DNA of 64,000 nucleotides from Antedon mediterranea (lineage: Eukaryota > Animalia > Echinodermata): NCBI RefSeq assembly GCF_964355755.1, contig NC_092670.1, positions 28,570,388 through 28,634,387 on the forward strand, read 5' to 3'. This document shows, piece by piece, positions 15,001-30,316 of the stretch. Within the stretch, counting starts at the first letter, position 1. Each line of letters opens with the position of its first letter. The translations under genes and the position numbers were made by a program. The notes beneath the pieces were generated by a model. It was not told the DNA's origin. It saw only the letters and a list, made by a program, of their open reading frames with translations, and made no database searches.

Positions 15001-18000
15001 CTATCTCTTTGTCGCTGATCTACCTCTCTCTCGCTGATCTATCTCTTTCTCGCTGATCTATCTCTCTCTCGCTGATCTATCTCTCTCTCGCTGATCTATC
15101 TCTCTCGCTGATCTATCTCTCTCTCGCTGATCTATCTCTCTCTCTCGCTGATCTATCTCTCTCTCGCTGATCTATCGCTCTCTCGCTGATCTATCTCTCT
15201 CTCGCTGATCTATCTCTCTCTCGCTGATCTATCTCTCTCGCTGATCTATCTCTCTCTCGCTGATCTATCTCTCTCGCTGATCTATCTCTCTCGCTGATCT
15301 ATCTCTCTCTCTCGCTGATCTATCTCTCTCGCTGATCTATCTCTCTCTCTCGCTGATCTATCTCTCTCCCTGATCTATCTCTCTCTCGCTGATCTATCTC
15401 TCTCTCTCTCTCGCTGATCTATCTCTCTCTTTCGCTGATCTATCTCTCTCTCGATGATCTATCTCTCTCTCGCTGATCTATTTCTCTCTAGCTGATCTAT
15501 CTTTCTCTCGCTGATCTATCTCTCTCTCGCTGATCTATCTCTCTCTCGCTGATCTTTCTCTCTCTCTCTCTCGCTGATCTATCTCTCTCTCGCTGATCTA
15601 TCTCTCTTTCACTGATCTATCTCTCTCTCGCTGATCTATCTCTCTCTCGCTGATCTATCTCTCTCTCGCTGATCTATCTCTCTCTCGCTGATCTTTCTCT
15701 CTCTCGCTGATCTATCTCTCTCTCGCTGATCTATCTCTCTCTCGCTGATCTATCTCTTTCTCTCTCGCTGGTCTATCTCTCTCTCGCTGATCTATATCTC
15801 TCTCGCGGATCTATCTCCTATCGCTGATCTATCTCTCTCTCTCGCTGATCTATCTCTCTCGCTGATATATCTCTCTCTCGCTGATCTATCTCTTTGTCGC
15901 TGATCTACCTCTCTCTCGCTGATCTATCTCTTTCTCGCTGATCTATCTCTCTCTCGCTGATCTATCTCTCTCTCGCTGATCTATCTCTCTCGCTGATCTA
16001 TCTCTCTCTCGCTGATCTATCTCTCTCTCTCGCTGATCTATCTCTCTCTCGCTGATCTATCGCTCTCTCGCTGATCTATCTCTCTCTCGCTGATCTATCT
16101 CTCTCTCGCTGATCTATCTCTTTCTCGCTGATCTATCTCTCTCTCGCTGATCTATATATCTCTCTCGCTGATCTATCTCTCTCTCGCTGATCTATCTCTC
16201 TCGCTGATCTATCTCTCTCGCTGATCTATCTCTCTCTCTCGCTGATCTATCTCTCTCCCTTATCTATCTCTCTATCGCTGATCTATCTCTCTCTCTCGCT
16301 GATCTATCTCTCTTTCTCTCGCTGATCTATCTCTCTATTTCGCTGATCTATCTCTCTCTCGATGATCTATCTCTCTCTCGCTGATCTATCTCTCTCTCGC
16401 TGATCTATCTCTCTCTCGCTGATCTATCTCTCTCTCGCTGATCTATCTCTCTCTCGCTGATCTTTCTCTCTCTCGCTGATCTATCTCTCTCGCTGATCTA
16501 TCTCTCTCTCGCTGATCTATCTCTCTCTCTCGCTGATCTATCTCTCTCTCGCTGATCTATCGCTCTCTCGCTGATCTATCTCTCTCTCGCTGATCTATCT
16601 CTCTCTCGCTGATATATTTCTCTCTCGCTGATCTATCTCTCTCTCTCTGATCTATCTCTCTCGCTGATCTATCTCTCTCGCTGATCTATCTCTCTCTCTC
16701 TCGCTGATCTATCTCTCTCCCTGATCTATCTCTCTATCGCTGATCTATCTCTCTCTCGCTGATCTATCTCTCTCTCGCTGATATATCTCTCTATCTCTCA
16801 CTGATCTGTCTCTCTCTCTCTCTCGCTGATCTATCTCTCTATCGCTGATCTATCTCTCTCTCGCTGATCTATCTCTCTCTAGCTGATCTATCTCTCTCTC
16901 GCTGATCTATCTCTCTCGCTGATCTATCTCTCTCGCTTATCTATCTCTCTCTTGCTGATCTATCTCTCTCTCGCTGATCAATCTCTCTCTCTCGCTGATC
17001 TATCTCTCTCTCGCTGATCTATCTCTCTCTCTCGCTGATCTATCTCTCTCTCGCTGATCTATCTCTCTCTCTCTCTCGCTGATCTATCTCTTCTCACTGA
17101 TCTATCTCTCTCTCTCGCTGATCTATCTCTCTCTCGCTGATCTATCTCTCTCTCGCTGATCTATCTCTCTCTCGCTGATCTATCTCGCTCTCGCTGATCT
17201 ATCTCTCTCTCGCTGATCTTTCTCTCTCGCTGATCTATCTCTCTCTCGCTGATCTATCTCTCTCTCGCTGATCTATCTCTCTCGCTGATCTATCTCTCTC
17301 TCGCTGATCTATCTCTCTCTCGCTGATCTATCTCTCGCTGATCTATCTCTCTCTCGCTGATCTATCTCTCTCTGATCTATCTCTCTCTCGCTGATCTATC
17401 TCTCTCTCGCTGATCTATCTCTCTCGCTGATCTATCTCTCTCGCTGATCTATCTCTCTCTCGCTGATCTATCTCTCTTTCGCTGATCTATCTCTCTCTTT
17501 CGCTGATCTATCTCTCTCTCGCTGATCTATCTCTCTCTCGCTGATCTATCTCTCTCTCGCTGATCTATCTCTCTCTCTCGCTGATCTATCTCTCTCTACC
17601 TGATCTATCTCTCTGTCGCTGATCTATCTCTCTCTCGCTGATCTATCTCTATCTCGCTGATCTATCTCTCTCTCGCTGATCTATCTCTCTCTCGCTGATC
17701 TATCTCTCTCTCTCTCTCTCTCTCGCTGATCTATCTCTCTCTCGCTGATCTATCTCTCTTTCACTGATCTATCTCTCTCTCGCTGATCTATCTCTCTCTC
17801 GCTGATCTATCTCTCTCTCGCTGATCTATATCTCTCTCGCTGATCTTTCTCTCTCTCGCTGATCTATCTCTCTCTCACTGATCTATCTCTCTCTCGCTGA
17901 TCTATCTCTTTCTCTCTCGCTGGTCTATCTCTCTCTCGCTGATCTATCTCTCTCTCGCGGATCTATCTCCTATCGCTGATCTATCTCTCTCTCGCTGATC

Positions 18001-21000
18001 TATCTCTCTCGCTGATATATCTCTCTCTCGCTGATCTATCTCTTTGTCGCTGATCTACCTCTCTCTCGCTGATCTATCTCTTTCTCGCTGATCTATCTCT
18101 CTCTCGCTGATCTATCTCTCTCTCGCTGATCTATCTCTCTCGCTGATCTATCTCTCTCTCTCGCTGATCTATCTCTCTCTCGCTGATCTATCGCTCTCTC
18201 GCTGATCTATCTCTCTCTCGCTGATCTATCTCTCTCTCGCTGATCTATCTCTCTCGCTGATCTATCTCTCTCTCGCTGATCTATCTCTCTCGCTGATCTA
18301 TCTCTCTCGCTGATCTATCTCTCTCTCTCGCTGATCTATCTCTCTCGCTGATCTATCTCTCTCTCTCGCTGATCTATCTCTCTCCCTGATCTATCTCTCT
18401 CTCGCTGATCTATCTCTCTCTCTCTCTCGCTGATCTATCTCTCTCTTTCGCTGATCTATCTCTCTCTCGATGATCTATCTCTCTCTCGCTGATCTATTTC
18501 TCTCTAGCTGATCTATCTTTCTCTCGCTGATCTATCTCTCTCGCTGATCTATCTCTCTCGCTGATCTATCTTTCTCTTGCTGATCTATCTCTCTCTCGCT
18601 GATCAATCTCTCTCTCTCGCTGATCTATCTCTCTCTCGCTGATCTATCTCTCTCTCTCGCTGATCTATCTCTCTCTCGCTGATCTATCTCTCTCTCTCGC
18701 TGATCTATCTCTTCTCACTGATCTATCTCTCTCTCTCGCTGATCTATCTCTCTCTCGCTGATCTATCTCTCTCTCGCTGATCTATCTCTCTCTCGCTGAT
18801 CTATCTCGCTCTCGCTGATCTATCTCTCTCTCGCTGATCTTTCTCTCTCGCTGATCTATCTCTCTCTCGCTGATCTATCTCTCTCTCGCTGATCTATCTC
18901 TCTCGCTGATCTATCTCTCTCTCTCTCGCTGATCTATCTCTCTCTCGCTAATCCATCTCTCTCTCGCTGATCTATCTCTCTCTCGCTGATCTATCTCTCT
19001 CTGATCTATCTCTCTCTCGCTGATCTATCTCTCTCTTTCTGATCTATCTCTCTCTGATCTATCTCTCTCTCGCTGATCTATCTCTCTATCGCTGATCTAT
19101 CTCTCTCTCGCTGATCTATCTCTCTCTCGCTGATCTATCTCTCTCTCGCTGATCTATCTCTCTCGCTGATCTATCTCTCTCTCGCTGATCTATCTCTCTC
19201 TCGCTGATCTATCTCTCTCTCGCTGATCTATCTCTCTCTCTCGCTGATCTATCTCTCTCTCCCTGATCTATCTCTCTGTCGCTGATCTATCTCTCTCTCG
19301 CTGATCTATCTCTATCTCGCTGATCTATCTCTCTCTCGCTGATCTATCTCTCTCTCGCTGATCTTTCTCTCTCTCTCTCTCTCGCTGATCTATCTCTCTC
19401 TCGCTGATCTATCTCTCTTTCACTGATCTATCTCTCTCTCGCTGATCTATCTCTCTCTCGCTGATCTATCTCTCTCTCGCTGATCTATCTCCCTCTCGCT
19501 GATCTTTCTCTCTCTTGCTGATCTATCTCTCTCTCGCTGATCTATCTCTCTCTCGCTGATCTATCTCTTTCTCTCTCGCTGGTCTATCTCTCTCTCGCTG
19601 ATCTATATCTCTCTCGCGGATCTATCTCCTATCGCTGATCTATCTCTCTCTCTCTCGCTGATCTATCTCTCTCGCTGATATATCTCTCTCTCGCTGATCT
19701 ATCTCTTTGTCGCTGATCTACCTCTCTCTCGCTGATCTATCTCTTTCTCGCTGATCTATCTCTCTCTCGCTGATCTATCTCTCTCTCGCTGATCTATCTC
19801 TCTCGCTGATCTATCTCTCTCTCGCTGATCTATCTCTCTCTCTCGCTGATCTATCTCTCTCTCGCTGATCTATCGCTCTCTCGCTGATCTATCTCTCTCT
19901 CGCTGATCTATCTCTCTCTCGCTGATCTATCTCTCTCTCGCTGATCTATCTCTCTCTCGCTGATCTATCTCTCTCTCGCTGATCTATCTCTCTCGCTGAT
20001 CTATCTCTCTCGCTGATCTATCTCTCTCTCTCGCTGATCTATCTCTCTCCCTTATCTATCTCTCTATCGCTGATCTATCTCTCTCTCGCTGATCTATCTC
20101 TCTCTCGCTGATCTATCTCTCTTTCTCTCGCTGATCTATCTCTCTCTTTCGCTGATCTATCTCTCTCTCGATGATCTATCTCTCTCTCGCTGATCTATCT
20201 CTCTCTCGCTGATCTATCTCTCTCTCGCTGATCTATCTCTCTCTCGCTGATCTATCTCTCTCTCGCTGATCTTTCTCTCTCTCGCTGATCTATCTCTCTC
20301 GCTGATCTATCTCTCTCTCGCTGATCTATCTCTCTCTCTCGCTGATCTATCTCTCTCTCGCTGATCTATCGCTCTCTCGCTGATCTATCTCTCTCTCGCT
20401 GATCTATCTCTCTCTCGCTGATCTATTTCTCTCTCGCTGATCTATCTCTCTCTCGCTGATCTATCTCTCTCGCTGATCTATCTCTCTCGCTGATCTATCT
20501 CTCTCTCTCGCTGATCTATCTCTCTCCCTGATCTATCTCTCTATCGCTGATCTATCTCTCTCTCGCTGATCTATCTCTCTCTCGCTGATCTATCTCTCTC
20601 TCTCGCTGATCTATCTCTCTCCCTGATCTATCTCTCTATCGCTGATCTATCTCTCTCTCACTGATCTATCTCTCTCTCGCTGATCTATCTCTTTCTCTCT
20701 CGCTGGTCTATCTCTCTCTCGCTGATCTATCTCTCTCTCGCGGATCTATCTCCTATCGCTGATCTATCTCTCTCTCGCTGATCTATCTCTCTCGCTGATA
20801 TATCTCTCTCTCGCTGATCTATCTCTTTGTCGCTGATCTACCTCTCTCTCGCTGATCTATCTCTTTCTCGCTGATCTATCTCTCTCTCGCTGATCTATCT
20901 CTCTCTCGCTGATCTATCTCTCTCGCTGATCTATCTCTCTCTCGCTGATCTATCTCTCTCTCTCGCTGATCTATCTCTCTCTCGCTGATCTATCGCTCTC

Positions 21001-24000
21001 TCGCTGATCTATCTCTCTCTCGCTGATCTATCTCTCTCTCGCTGATCTATCTCTCTCGCTGATCTATCTCTCTCTCGCTGATCTATCTCTCTCGCTGATC
21101 TATCTCTCTCGCTGATCTATCTCTCTCTCTCGCTGATCTATCTCTCTCGCTGATCTATCTCTCTCTCTCGCTGATCTATCTCTCTCCCTGATCTATCTCT
21201 CTCTCGCTGATCTATCTCTCTCTCTCTCTCGCTGATCTATCTCTCTCTTTCGCTGATCTATCTCTCTCTCGATGATCTATCTCTCTCTCGCTGATCTATT
21301 TCTCTCTAGCTGATCTATCTTTCTCTCGCTGATCTATCTCTCTCGCTGATCTATCTCTCTCGCTGATCTATCTCTCTCTTGCTGATCTATCTCTCTCTCG
21401 CTGATCAATCTCTCTCTCTCGCTGATCTATCTCTCTCTCGCTGATCTATCTCTCTCTCTCGCTGATCTATCTCTCTCTCGCTGATCTATCTCTCTCTCTC
21501 GCTGATCTATCTCTTCTCACTGATCTATCTCTCTCTCTCTCGCTGATCTATCTCTCTCTCGCTGATCTATCTCTCTCTCGCTGATCTATCTCTCTCTCGC
21601 TGATCTATCTCGCTCTCGCTGATCTATCTCTCTCTCGCTGATCTTTCTCTCTCGCTGATCTATCTCTCTCTCGCTGATCTATCTCTCTCTCGCTGATCTA
21701 TCTCTCTCGCTGATCTATCTCTCTCTCTCTCGCTGATCTATCTCTCTCTCGCTAATCCATCTCTCTCTCGCTGATCTATCTCTCTCTCGCTGATCTATCT
21801 CTCTCTGATCTATCTCTCTCTCGCTGATCTATCTCTCTCTTTCTGATCTATCTCTCTCTGATCTATCTCTCTCTCGCTGATCTATCTCTCTATCGCTGAT
21901 CTATCTCTCTCTCGCTGATCTATCTCTCTCTCGCTGATCTATCTCTCTCTCGCTGATCTATCTCTCTCGCTGATCTATCTCTCTCTCGCTGATCTATCTC
22001 TCTCTCGCTGATCTATCTCTCTCTCGCTGATCTATCTCTCTCTCTCGCTGATCTATCTCTCTCTCCCTGATCTATCTCTCTGTCGCTGATCTATCTCTCT
22101 CTCGCTGATCTATCTCTATCTCGCTGATCTATCTCTCTCTCGCTGATCTATCTCTCTCTTGCTGATCTTTCTCTCTCTCTCTCTCGCTGATCTATCTCTC
22201 TCTCGCTGATCTATCTCTCTTTCACTGATCTATCTCTCTCTCGCTGATCTATCTCTCTCTCGCTGATCTATCTCTCTCTCGCTGATCTATCTCCCTCTCG
22301 CTGATCTTTCTCTCTCTCGCTGATCTATCTCTCTCTCGCTGATCTATCTCTCTCTCGCTGATCTATCTCTTTCTCTCTCGCTGGTCTATCTCTCTCTCGC
22401 TGATCTATATCTCTCTCGCGGATCTATCTCCTATCGCTGATCTATCTCTCTCTCTCGCTGATCTATCTCTCTCGCTGATATATCTCTCTCTCGCTGATCT
22501 ATCTCTTTGTCGCTGATCTACCTCTCTCTCGCTGATCTATCTCTTTCTCGCTGATCTATCTCTCTCTCGCTGATCTATCTCTCTCTCGCTGATCTATCTC
22601 TCTCGCTGATCTATCTCTCTCTCGCTGATCTATCTCTCTCTCTCGCTGATCTATCTCTCTCTCGCTGATCTATCGCTCTCTCGCTGATCTATCTCTCTCT
22701 CGCTGATCTATCTCTCTCTCGCTGATCTATCTCTCTCTCGCTGATCTATCTCTCTCTCGCTGATCTATCTCTCTCTCGCTGATCTATCTCTCTCGCTGAT
22801 CTATCTCTCTCGCTGATCTATCTCTCTCTCTCGCTGATCTATCTCTCTCCCTTATCTATCTCTCTATCGCTGATCTATCTCTCTCTCGCTGATCTATCTC
22901 TCTCTCGCTGATCTATCTCTCTTTCTCTCGCTGATCTATCTCTCTCTTTCGCTGATCTATCTCTCTCTCGATGATCTATCTCTCTCTCGCTGATCTATCT
23001 CTCTCTCGCTGATCTATCTCTCTCTCGCTGATCTATCTCTCTCTCGCTGATCTATCTCTCTCTCGCTGATCTTTCTCTCTCTCGCTGATCTATCTCTCTC
23101 GCTGATCTATCTCTCTCTCGCTGATCTATCTCTCTCTCTCGCTGATCTATCTCTCTCTCGCTGATCTATCGCTCTCTCGCTGATCTATCTCTCTCTCGCT
23201 GATCTATCTCTCTCTCGCTGATCTATTTCTCTCTCGCTGATCTATCTCTCTCTCGCTGATCTATCTCTCTCGCTGATCTATCTCTCTCGCTGATCTATCT
23301 CTCTCTCTCGCTGATCTATCTCTCTCTCTGATCTATCTCTCTATCGCTGATCTATCTCTCTCTCGCTGATCTATCTCTCTCTCGCTGATCTATCTCTCTC
23401 TCTCTCTCTCGCTGATCTATCTCTCTCTTTCGCTGATCTATCTCTCTCTCGATGATCTATCTCTCTCTCGCTGATCTATTTCTCTCTAGCTGATCTATTT
23501 TTCTCTCGCTGATCTATCTCTCTCGCTGATCTATCTCTCTCGCTTATCTATCTCTCTCTTGCTGATCTATCTCTCTCTCGCTGATCAATCTCTCTCTCTA
23601 GTCTCTCGCTGATCTATCTCTCTCTCGCTGATCTATCTCTCTCTCTCGCTGATCTATCTCTCTCTCGCTGATCTATCTCTCTCTCTCGCTGATCTATCTC
23701 TCTCTCGCTGATCTATCTTTCTCTCGCTGATCTATCTCTCTCTCTCGCTGATCTATCTCTCTCTCGCTGATCTATCTCTCTCTCGCTGATCTATCTTTCT
23801 CTCGCTGATCTATCTCTCTCTCTCGCTGATCTATCTCTCTCTCGCTGATCTATCGCTCTCTCGCTGATCTATCTCTCTCTCGCTGATCTATCTCTCTCTC
23901 GCTGATCTATCTCTCTCTCGCTGATCTATCTCTCTCTCGCTGATCTATCTCTCTCTCGCTGATCTATCTCTCTCGCTGATCTATCTCTCTCGCTGATCTA

Positions 24001-27000
24001 TCTCTCTCTCTCGCTGATCTATCTCTCTCCCTTATCTATCTCTCTATCGCTGATCTATCTCTCTCTCGCTGATCTATCTCTATCTCGCTGATCTATCTCT
24101 CTTTCTCTCGCTGATCTATCTCTCTCTTTCGCTGATCTATCTCTCTCTCGATGATCTATCTCTCTCTCGCTGATCTATCTCTCTCTCGCTGATCTATCTC
24201 TCTCTCGCTGATCTATCTCTCTCTCGCTGATCTATCTCTCTCTCGCTGATCTTTCTCTCTCTCGCTGATCTATCTCTCTCGCTGATCTATCTCTCTCTCG
24301 CTGATCTATCTCTCTCTCTCGCTGATCTATCTCTCTCTCGCTGATCTATCGCTCTCTCGCTGATCTATCTCTCTCTCGCTGATCTATCTCTCTCTCGCTG
24401 ATCTATTTCTCTCTCGCTGATCTATCTCTCTCTCGCTGATCTATCTCTCTCGCTGATCTATCTCTCTCGCTGATCTATCTCTCTCTCTCGCTGATCTATC
24501 TCTCTCCCTGATCTATCTCTCTATCGCTGATCTATCTCTCTCTCGCTGATCTATCTCTCTCTCGCTGATCTATCTCTCTCTCTCGCTGATCTATCTCTCT
24601 CCCTGATCTATCTCTCTATCGCTGATCTATCTCTCTCTCACTGATCTATCTCTCTCTCGCTGATCTATCTCTTTCTCTCTCGCTGGTCTATCTCTCTCTC
24701 GCTGATCTATCTCTCTCTCGCGGATCTATCTCCTATCGCTGATCTATCTCTCTCTCGCTGATCTATCTCTCTCGCTGATATATCTCTCTCTCGCTGATCT
24801 ATCTCTTTGTCGCTGATCTACCTCTCTCTCGCTGATCTATCTCTTTCTCGCTGATCTATCTCTCTCTCGCTGATCTATCTCTCTCTCGCTGATCTATCTC
24901 TCTCGCTGATCTATCTCTCTCTCGCTGATCTATCTCTCTCTCTCGCTGATCTATCTCTCTCTCGCTGATCTATCGCTCTCTCGCTGATCTATCTCTCTCT
25001 CGCTGATCTATCTCTCTCTCGCTGATCTATCTCTCTCGCTGATCTATCTCTCTCTCGCTGATCTATCTCTCTCGCTGATCTATCTCTCTCGCTGATCTAT
25101 CTCTCTCTCTCGCTGATCTATCTCTCTCGCTGATCTATCTCTCTCTCTCGCTGATCTATCTCTCTCCCTGATCTATCTCTCTCTCGCTGATCTATCTCTC
25201 TCTCTCTCTCGCTGATCTATCTCTCTCTTTCGCTGATCTATCTCTCTCTCGATGATCTATCTCTCTCTCGCTGATCTATTTCTCTCTAGCTGATCTATCT
25301 TTCTCTCGCTGATCTATCTCTCTCGCTGATCTATCTCTCTCTTGCTGATCTATCTCTCTCTCGCTGATCAATCTCTCTCTCTCGCTGATCTATCTCTCTC
25401 TCGCTGATCTATCTCTCTCTCTCGCTGATCTATCTCTCTCTCGCTGATCTATCTCTCTCTCTCGCTGATCTATCTCTTCTCACTGATCTATCTCTCTCTC
25501 TCGCTGATCTATCTCTCTCTCGCTGATCTATCTCTCTCTCGCTGATCTATCTCTCTCTCGCTGATCTATCTCGCTCTCGCTGATCTATCTCTCTCTCGCT
25601 GATCTTTCTCTCTCGCTGATCTATCTCTCTCTCGCTGATCTATCTCTCTCTCGCTGATCTATCTCTCTCGCTGATCTATCTCTCTCTCTCTCGCTGATCT
25701 ATCTCTCTCTCGCTAATCCATCTCTCTCTCGCTGATCTATCTCTCTCTCGCTGATCTATCTCTCTCTGATCTATCTCTCTCTCGCTGATCTATCTCTCTC
25801 TTTCTGATCTATCTCTCTCTGATCTATCTCTCTCTCGCTGATCTATCTCTCTATCGCTGATCTATCTCTCTCTCGCTGATCTATCTCTCTCTCGCTGATC
25901 TATCTCTCTCTCGCTGATCTATCTCTCTCGCTGATCTATCTCTCTCTCGCTGATCTATCTCTCTCTCGCTGATCTATCTCTCTCTCGCTGATCTATCTCT
26001 CTCTCTCGCTGATCTATCTCTCTCTCCCTGATCTATCTCTCTGTCGCTGATCTATCTCTCTCTCGCTGATCTATCTCTATCTCGCTGATCTATCTCTCTC
26101 TCGCTGATCTATCTCTCTCTTGCTGATCTTTCTCTCTCTCTCTCTCGCTGATCTATCTCTCTCTCGCTGATCTATCTCTCTTTCACTGATCTATCTCTCT
26201 CTCGCTGATCTATCTCTCTCTCGCTGATCTATCTCTCTCTCGCTGATCTATCTCCCTCTCGCTGATCTTTCTCTCTCTCGCTGATCTATCTCTCTCTCGC
26301 TGATCTATCTCTCTCTCGCTGATCTATCTCTTTCTCTCTCGCTGGTCTATCTCTCTCTCGCTGATCTATATCTCTCTCGCGGATCTATCTCCTATCGCTG
26401 ATCTATCTCTCTCTCTCGCTGATCTATCTCTCTCGCTGATATATCTCTCTCTCTCGCTGATCTATCTCTTTGTCGCTGATCTACCTCTCTCTCGCTGATC
26501 TATCTCTTTCTCGCTGATCTATCTCTCTCTCGCTGATCTATCTCTCTCTCGCTGATCTATCTCTCTCGCTGATCTATCTCTCTCTCGCTGATCTATCTCT
26601 CTCTCTCGCTGATCTATCTCTCTCTCGCTGATCTATCGCTCTCTCGCTGATCTGTCTCTCTCTCGCTGATCTATCTCTCTCTCGCTGATCTATCTCTCTC
26701 TCGCTGATCTATCTCTCTCTCGCTGATCTATCTCTCTCTCGCTGATCTATCTCTCTCGCTGATCTATCTCTCTCGCTGATCTATCTCTCTCTCTCGCTGA
26801 TCTATCTCTCTCCCTTATCTATCTCTCTATCGCTGATCTATCTCTCTCTCGCTGATCTATCTCTCTCTCGCTGATCTATCTCTCTTTCTCTCGCTGATCT
26901 ATCTCTCTCTTTCGCTGATCTATCTCTCTCTCGATGATCTATCTCTCTCTCGCTGATCTATCTCTCTCTCGCTGATCTATCTCTCTCTCGCTGATCTATC

Positions 27001-29489
27001 TCTCTCTCGCTGATCTATCTCTCTCTCGCTGATCTTTCTCTCTCTCGCTGATCTATCTCTCTCGCTGATCTATCTCTCTCTCGCTGATCTATCTCTCTCT
27101 CTCGCTGATCTATCTCTCTCTCGCTGATCTATCGCTCTCTCGCTGATCTATCTCTCTCTCGCTGATCTATCTCTCTCTCGCTGATCTATTTCTCTCTCGC
27201 TGATCTATCTCTCTCTCGCTGATCTATCTCTCTCGCTGATCTATCTCTCTCGCTGATCTATCTCTCTCTCTCGCTGATCTATCTCTCTCCCTGATCTATC
27301 TCTCTATCGCTGATCTATCTCTCTCTCGCTGATCTATCTCTCTCTCGCTGATCTATCTCTCTCTCTCTCTCTCGCTGATCTATCTCTCTCTTTCGCTGAT
27401 CTATCTCTCTCTCGATGATCTATCTCTCTCTCGCTGATCTATTTCTCTCTAGCTGATCTATCTTTCTCTCGCTGATCTATCTCTCTCGCTGATCTATCTC
27501 TCTCGCTTATCTATCTCTCTCTTGCTGATCTATCTCTCTCTCGCTGATCAATCTCTCTCTCTAGTCTCTCGCTGATCTATCTCTCTCTCGCTGATCTATC
27601 TCTCTCTCTCGCTGATCTATCTCTCTCTCGCTGATCTATCTCTCTCTCTCGCTGATCTATCTCTTCTCACTGATCTATCTCTCTCTCGCTGATCTATCTC
27701 TCTCTCGCTGATCTATCTCGCTCTCGCTGATCTATCTCTCTCTCGCTGATCTTTCTCTCTCGCTGATCTATCTCTCTCTCGCTGATCTATCTCTCTCTCG
27801 CTGATCTATCTCTCTCGCTGATCTATCTCTCTCTCTCTCGCTGATCTATCTCTCTCTCGCTAATCCATCTCTCTCTCGCTGATCTATCTCTCTCTCGCTG
27901 ATCTATCTCTCTCTGATCTATCTCTCTCTCGCTGATCTATCTCTCTATCGCTGATCTATCTCTCTCTCGCTGATCTATCTCTCTCTCGCTGATCTATCTC
28001 TCTCTCTCGCTGATCTATCTCTCTCGCTGATCTATCTCTCTCGCTGATCTATCTCTCTCTCGCTGATCTATCTCTCTCTCGCTGATCTATCTCTCTCTTT
28101 CGCTGATCTATCTCTCTCTCGCTGATCTATCTCTCTCTCGCTGATCTATCTCTCTCTCGCTGATCTATCTCTCTCTCTCTCGCTGATCTATCTCTCTCTC
28201 CCTGATCTATCTCTCTGTCGCTGATCTATCTCTCTCTCGCTGATCTATCTCTATCTCGCTGATCTATCTCTCTCTCGCTGATCTATCTCTCTCTCGCTGA
28301 TCTATCTCTCTCTCTCTCTCGCTGATCTATCTCTCTCTCGCTGATCTATCTCTCTTTCACTGATCTATCTCTCTCTCGCTGATCTATCTCTCTCTCGCTG
28401 ATCTATCTCTCTCTCGCTGATCTATCTCTCTCTCGCTGATCTTTCTCTCTCTCGCTGATCTATCTCTCTCTCGCTGATCTATCTCTCTCTCGCTGATCTA
28501 TCTCTTTCTCTCTCGCTGGTCTATCTCTCTCTCGCTGATCTATATCTCTCTCGCGGATCTATCTCCTATCGCTGATCTATCTCTCTCTCGCTGATCTATC
28601 TCTCTCGCTGATATATCTCTCTCTCGCTGATCTATCTCTTTGTCGCTGATCTACCTCTCTCTCGCTGATCTATCTCTTTCTCGCTGATCTATCTCTCTCT
28701 CGCTGATCTATCTCTCTCTCGCTGATCTATCTCTCTCGCTGATCTATCTCTCTCTCGCTGATCTATCTCTCTCTCTCGCTGATCTATCTCTCTCTCGCTG
28801 ATCTATCGCTCTCTCGCTGATCTATCTCTCTCTCGCTGATCTATCTCTCTCTCGCTGATCTATCTCTCTCTCGCTGATCTATCTCTCTCTCGCTGATCTA
28901 TCTCTCTCTCGCTGATCTATCTCTCTCTCGCTGATCTATCTCTCTCGCTGATCTATCTCTCTCGCTGATCTATCTCTCTCTCTCGCTGATCTATCTCTCT
29001 CCCTGATCTATCTCTCTATCGCTGATCTATCTCTCTCTCGCTGATCTATCTCTCTCTCGCTGATCTATCTCTCTCTCTCTCGCTGATCTATCTCTCTCTT
29101 TCGCTGATCTATCTCTCTCTCGATGATCTATCTCTCTCTCGCTGATCTATTTCTCTCTCGCTGATCTATCTCTCTCTCGCTGATCTATCTCTCTCTCGCT
29201 GATCTATCTCTCTCTCGCTGATCTATCTCTCTCTCGCTGACCTATCTCTCTCTCTCGCTGATCTATCTCTCTATCGCTGATCTATCTCTCTCTCGCTGAT
29301 ATATCTCTCTCTCGCTGATATATCTCTCTCTCGCTGATCTATCTCTTTCTCGCTGATCTACCTCTCTCTCGCTGATCTATCTCTCTCTCGCTGATCTATC
29401 TCTCTCTCGCTGATCTATTTCTCTCTCGCTGATCTATCTCTCTCTCGCTGATCTATCTCTCTCTCTCTCTCGCTGATCTATCTCTCTTT
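1..29489. repeat. Satellite array, subfamily A: ~20-bp monomer GCTGATCTAT(CT)nC with higher-order variant blocks
   Basis: Continuous tandem GCTGATCTAT followed by a variable (CT)n tract, mostly 18-22-bp units. Diagnostic variants (GCGGATCTATCTCCTAT, GCTAATCCAT, CTTTGTCG, CCCTTAT) recur in a conserved order. The array runs off the left edge of the window. Confidence 0.98.
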
Positions 29490-29926
29490 CCCTCCCTCTC
29501 TCTCACTCTTTTTTCGATGATCTCTCTCTCTCTCTCCCTCTCTGATCTCTCTCTCGTTAATCTCTTTCTTGCTGATCTCTCTCTCGCTGATCTCTCCCTC
29601 GCTGACCTCAATCTCGCTGATATCTCTCTCTCTCTCTTGCTGATCTCTCTCTTGCTGATCTCTCTCTCATAAATCTCTCTCTCGCAGATCTCTATCGCTG
29701 ATCTCTCTATCTCTCTCCCTCGCTGCTCTCTCTATCTCTCTCCCTCGCTGCTCTCTCTCGTCCTCTCTCTCTCGTTGATCTCTCTTATTTGCAGAAATCT
29801 CTCTTGCTGATCTCTCCCTCGCTGACCTCTATCTCGCTTCTCTCTCTTTCTCTCGCTTTTCTCTCTCTCATAAATCTCTCTCTCGCAGATCTCTCTCGCT
29901 GATCTCTCTATCTCTCTCCCTCGCTG

Positions 29927-29957
<31 letters not shown>

Positions 29958-30279
29958 CCCCTCTCTAACTCTCTCCCTCCCTCTATCTCCCTCTCTTTTT
30001 TCGATGATCTCTCTCCCTCCCTCTCTGATCTCTCTCTCGCTAATATCTTTCTTGCTGATCTCTCTCTCGCTGATCTCTCCCTCGCTGACCTCTATCTTGC
30101 TGATCTCTCTCTCTCTTGCTGATCTCTCTCTCATAAATCTCTCTCTCTCAGATCTCTCTCCTCGATCTCTCTATCTCTCTCCCTCGCTGCTCTCACTATC
30201 TCTCTCCCTCGCTGCTTTCTCTCTCCTCGATCTCTCTATCTCTCTCCCTTGCTGCTCTCTCTATCTCTCTCCCTCGCTG

Positions 30280-30316
<37 letters not shown>

